A DNA stretch of 50,279 nucleotides from Clostridiales bacterium (GTDB lineage: Bacteria > Bacillota > Clostridia > Oscillospirales > RGIG5299). Where the stretch lies: assembly GCA_016281405.1 (NCBI GenBank), contig JAEEIO010000013.1, positions 1 to 50,279 on the forward strand, read 5' to 3'. A model generated the notes under the pieces. That model had not been told where the DNA came from and did not search any database. It saw nothing but the letters and a program-made list of their open reading frames with translations. Below are positions 49,552 through 50,279 of the stretch, in pieces; the first letter of the stretch is position 1; every line of letters starts with the position of its first letter. The translations under genes and the position numbers were made by a program.

Positions 49552-50279
49552 GTGGACTGTCTTATAAACGGCGATTTCGATCTGAAAATAAGCGCCGACT
49601 GCGGCCAGTGCTTCCGTTTTTCGACTGACGAAAACGGGATCACCGAGGGCGTTGCGGGAGATAAATATTTCAAAGGCCGCGTTCTTTCGGGCAAGCTCCT
49701 TTGCGACGACGGCGTCGACGGCGCCTATTTTGAAAACTATTTCGACCTTGCGGCCGACTACGCCGCATACGTCGCCGATATATGCAAAAGCGGCGACGGA
49801 ATAATCGCCGCCGCGGCGGCGGAGGCAAAGGGACTTCGCATTTTCCGCCAGGACCCGTTCGAGGCGCTTATATCGTTTATAATTTCGCAAAACAACAACA
49901 TCCCCCGCATAAAAGGCATCGTCGAAAGGCTTTGCGAGGGGTTCGGGCGTCCCTTCGACGCGGGCGGAAAAAAGTATTTCGCCTTCCCGACGCCCCGCGA
50001 CCTCGACGGCGTGACCGCCGCCGACCTCGCTCCCATCCGCGCGGGGTTTCGCGCGGGCTACATAGAGGACCCCGTGAAAAAGTGGAACGGCGGAGAAATA
50101 GATATTTCCGATATGGCGTCGGCTCCTTACGAGGAGTGCGCCGCGGCGCTCAAAAAAATAAAGGGCGTGGGCAACAAGGTCGCCGCCTGCGTTCTGCTTT
50201 TCGGGTTCCACAGGCTCGACGCCTTCCCCGTCGACGTGTGGATAAAGCGGACGATGGAGCGCTTTTACGGCGACCTCGA
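49552..50279 (+). CDS. ogg: 8-oxoguanine DNA glycosylase / HhH-GPD family, 3'-truncated by the window edge
   Basis: My translation from GTG 49552: VDCLINGDFDLKISADCGQCFRF… …FRQDPFEALISFIISQNNNIPRI… …IKGVGNKVAACVLLFGFHRLDAFPVDVWIKR (HhH motif with Lys, then Asp). Not listed in the ORF track as such. Confidence 0.8.
   Translation, partial: MDCLINGDFDLKISADCGQCFRFSTDENGITEGVAGDKYFKGRVLSGKLLCDDGVDGAYFENYFDLAADYAAYVADICKSGDGIIAAAAAEAKGLRIFRQDPFEALISFIISQNNNIPRIKGIVERLCEGFGRPFDAGGKKYFAFPTPRDLDGVTAADLAPIRAGFRAGYIEDPVKKWNGGEIDISDMASAPYEECAAALKKIKGVGNKVAACVLLFGFHRLDAFPVDVWIKRTMERFYGDL

Noticed and set aside
49501-50211. N-terminal 237 aa of the 457-aa minus-strand ORF 48838-50211.
   Set aside because: This part is antisense to the plus-strand ogg gene (HhH-GPD motifs) and looks non-protein-like. 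The real gene starts at ATG 49500 (MAETIYTIP…).

Overview
High-GC (roughly 60-70% by spot counts) Firmicutes/Clostridia-like chromosomal segment, densely coding with GGAGG-type ribosome binding sites and many clear TTGACA-17-TATAAT promoters and hairpin terminators. Left third (0.7-14.2 kb, minus strand): one long operon with a 1000-aa binding protein, two complete MalF/MalG-type permease pairs, two large uncharacterised surface proteins (NHL propeller fused to a Yip1 membrane domain; PDZ plus DUF5696-like domain) and an amidohydrolase, but no ATPase and no regulator. This is my best candidate for an undescribed system. Middle: a frameshifted URO-D-family gene, an ECF S-component, small housekeeping genes, an SGNH esterase, two large secreted beta-helix proteins and a reverse rubrerythrin. 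A 3-kb low-GC island of small orphan genes follows, with duplicated promoter/terminator modules. Right half: a 1348-aa CarB fused in frame to a DapF-like domain lacking one catalytic Cys, then purA, rplM-rpsI, cell-wall enzymes (3D-domain protein, amidase, VanY), DUF1846, mnmE (no canonical start codon), mnmG coupled to lysA, a Cys-rich orphan and a partial ogg. No rRNA, tRNA, CRISPR array or transposase was found. All family assignments come from reading the translations, not from searches.
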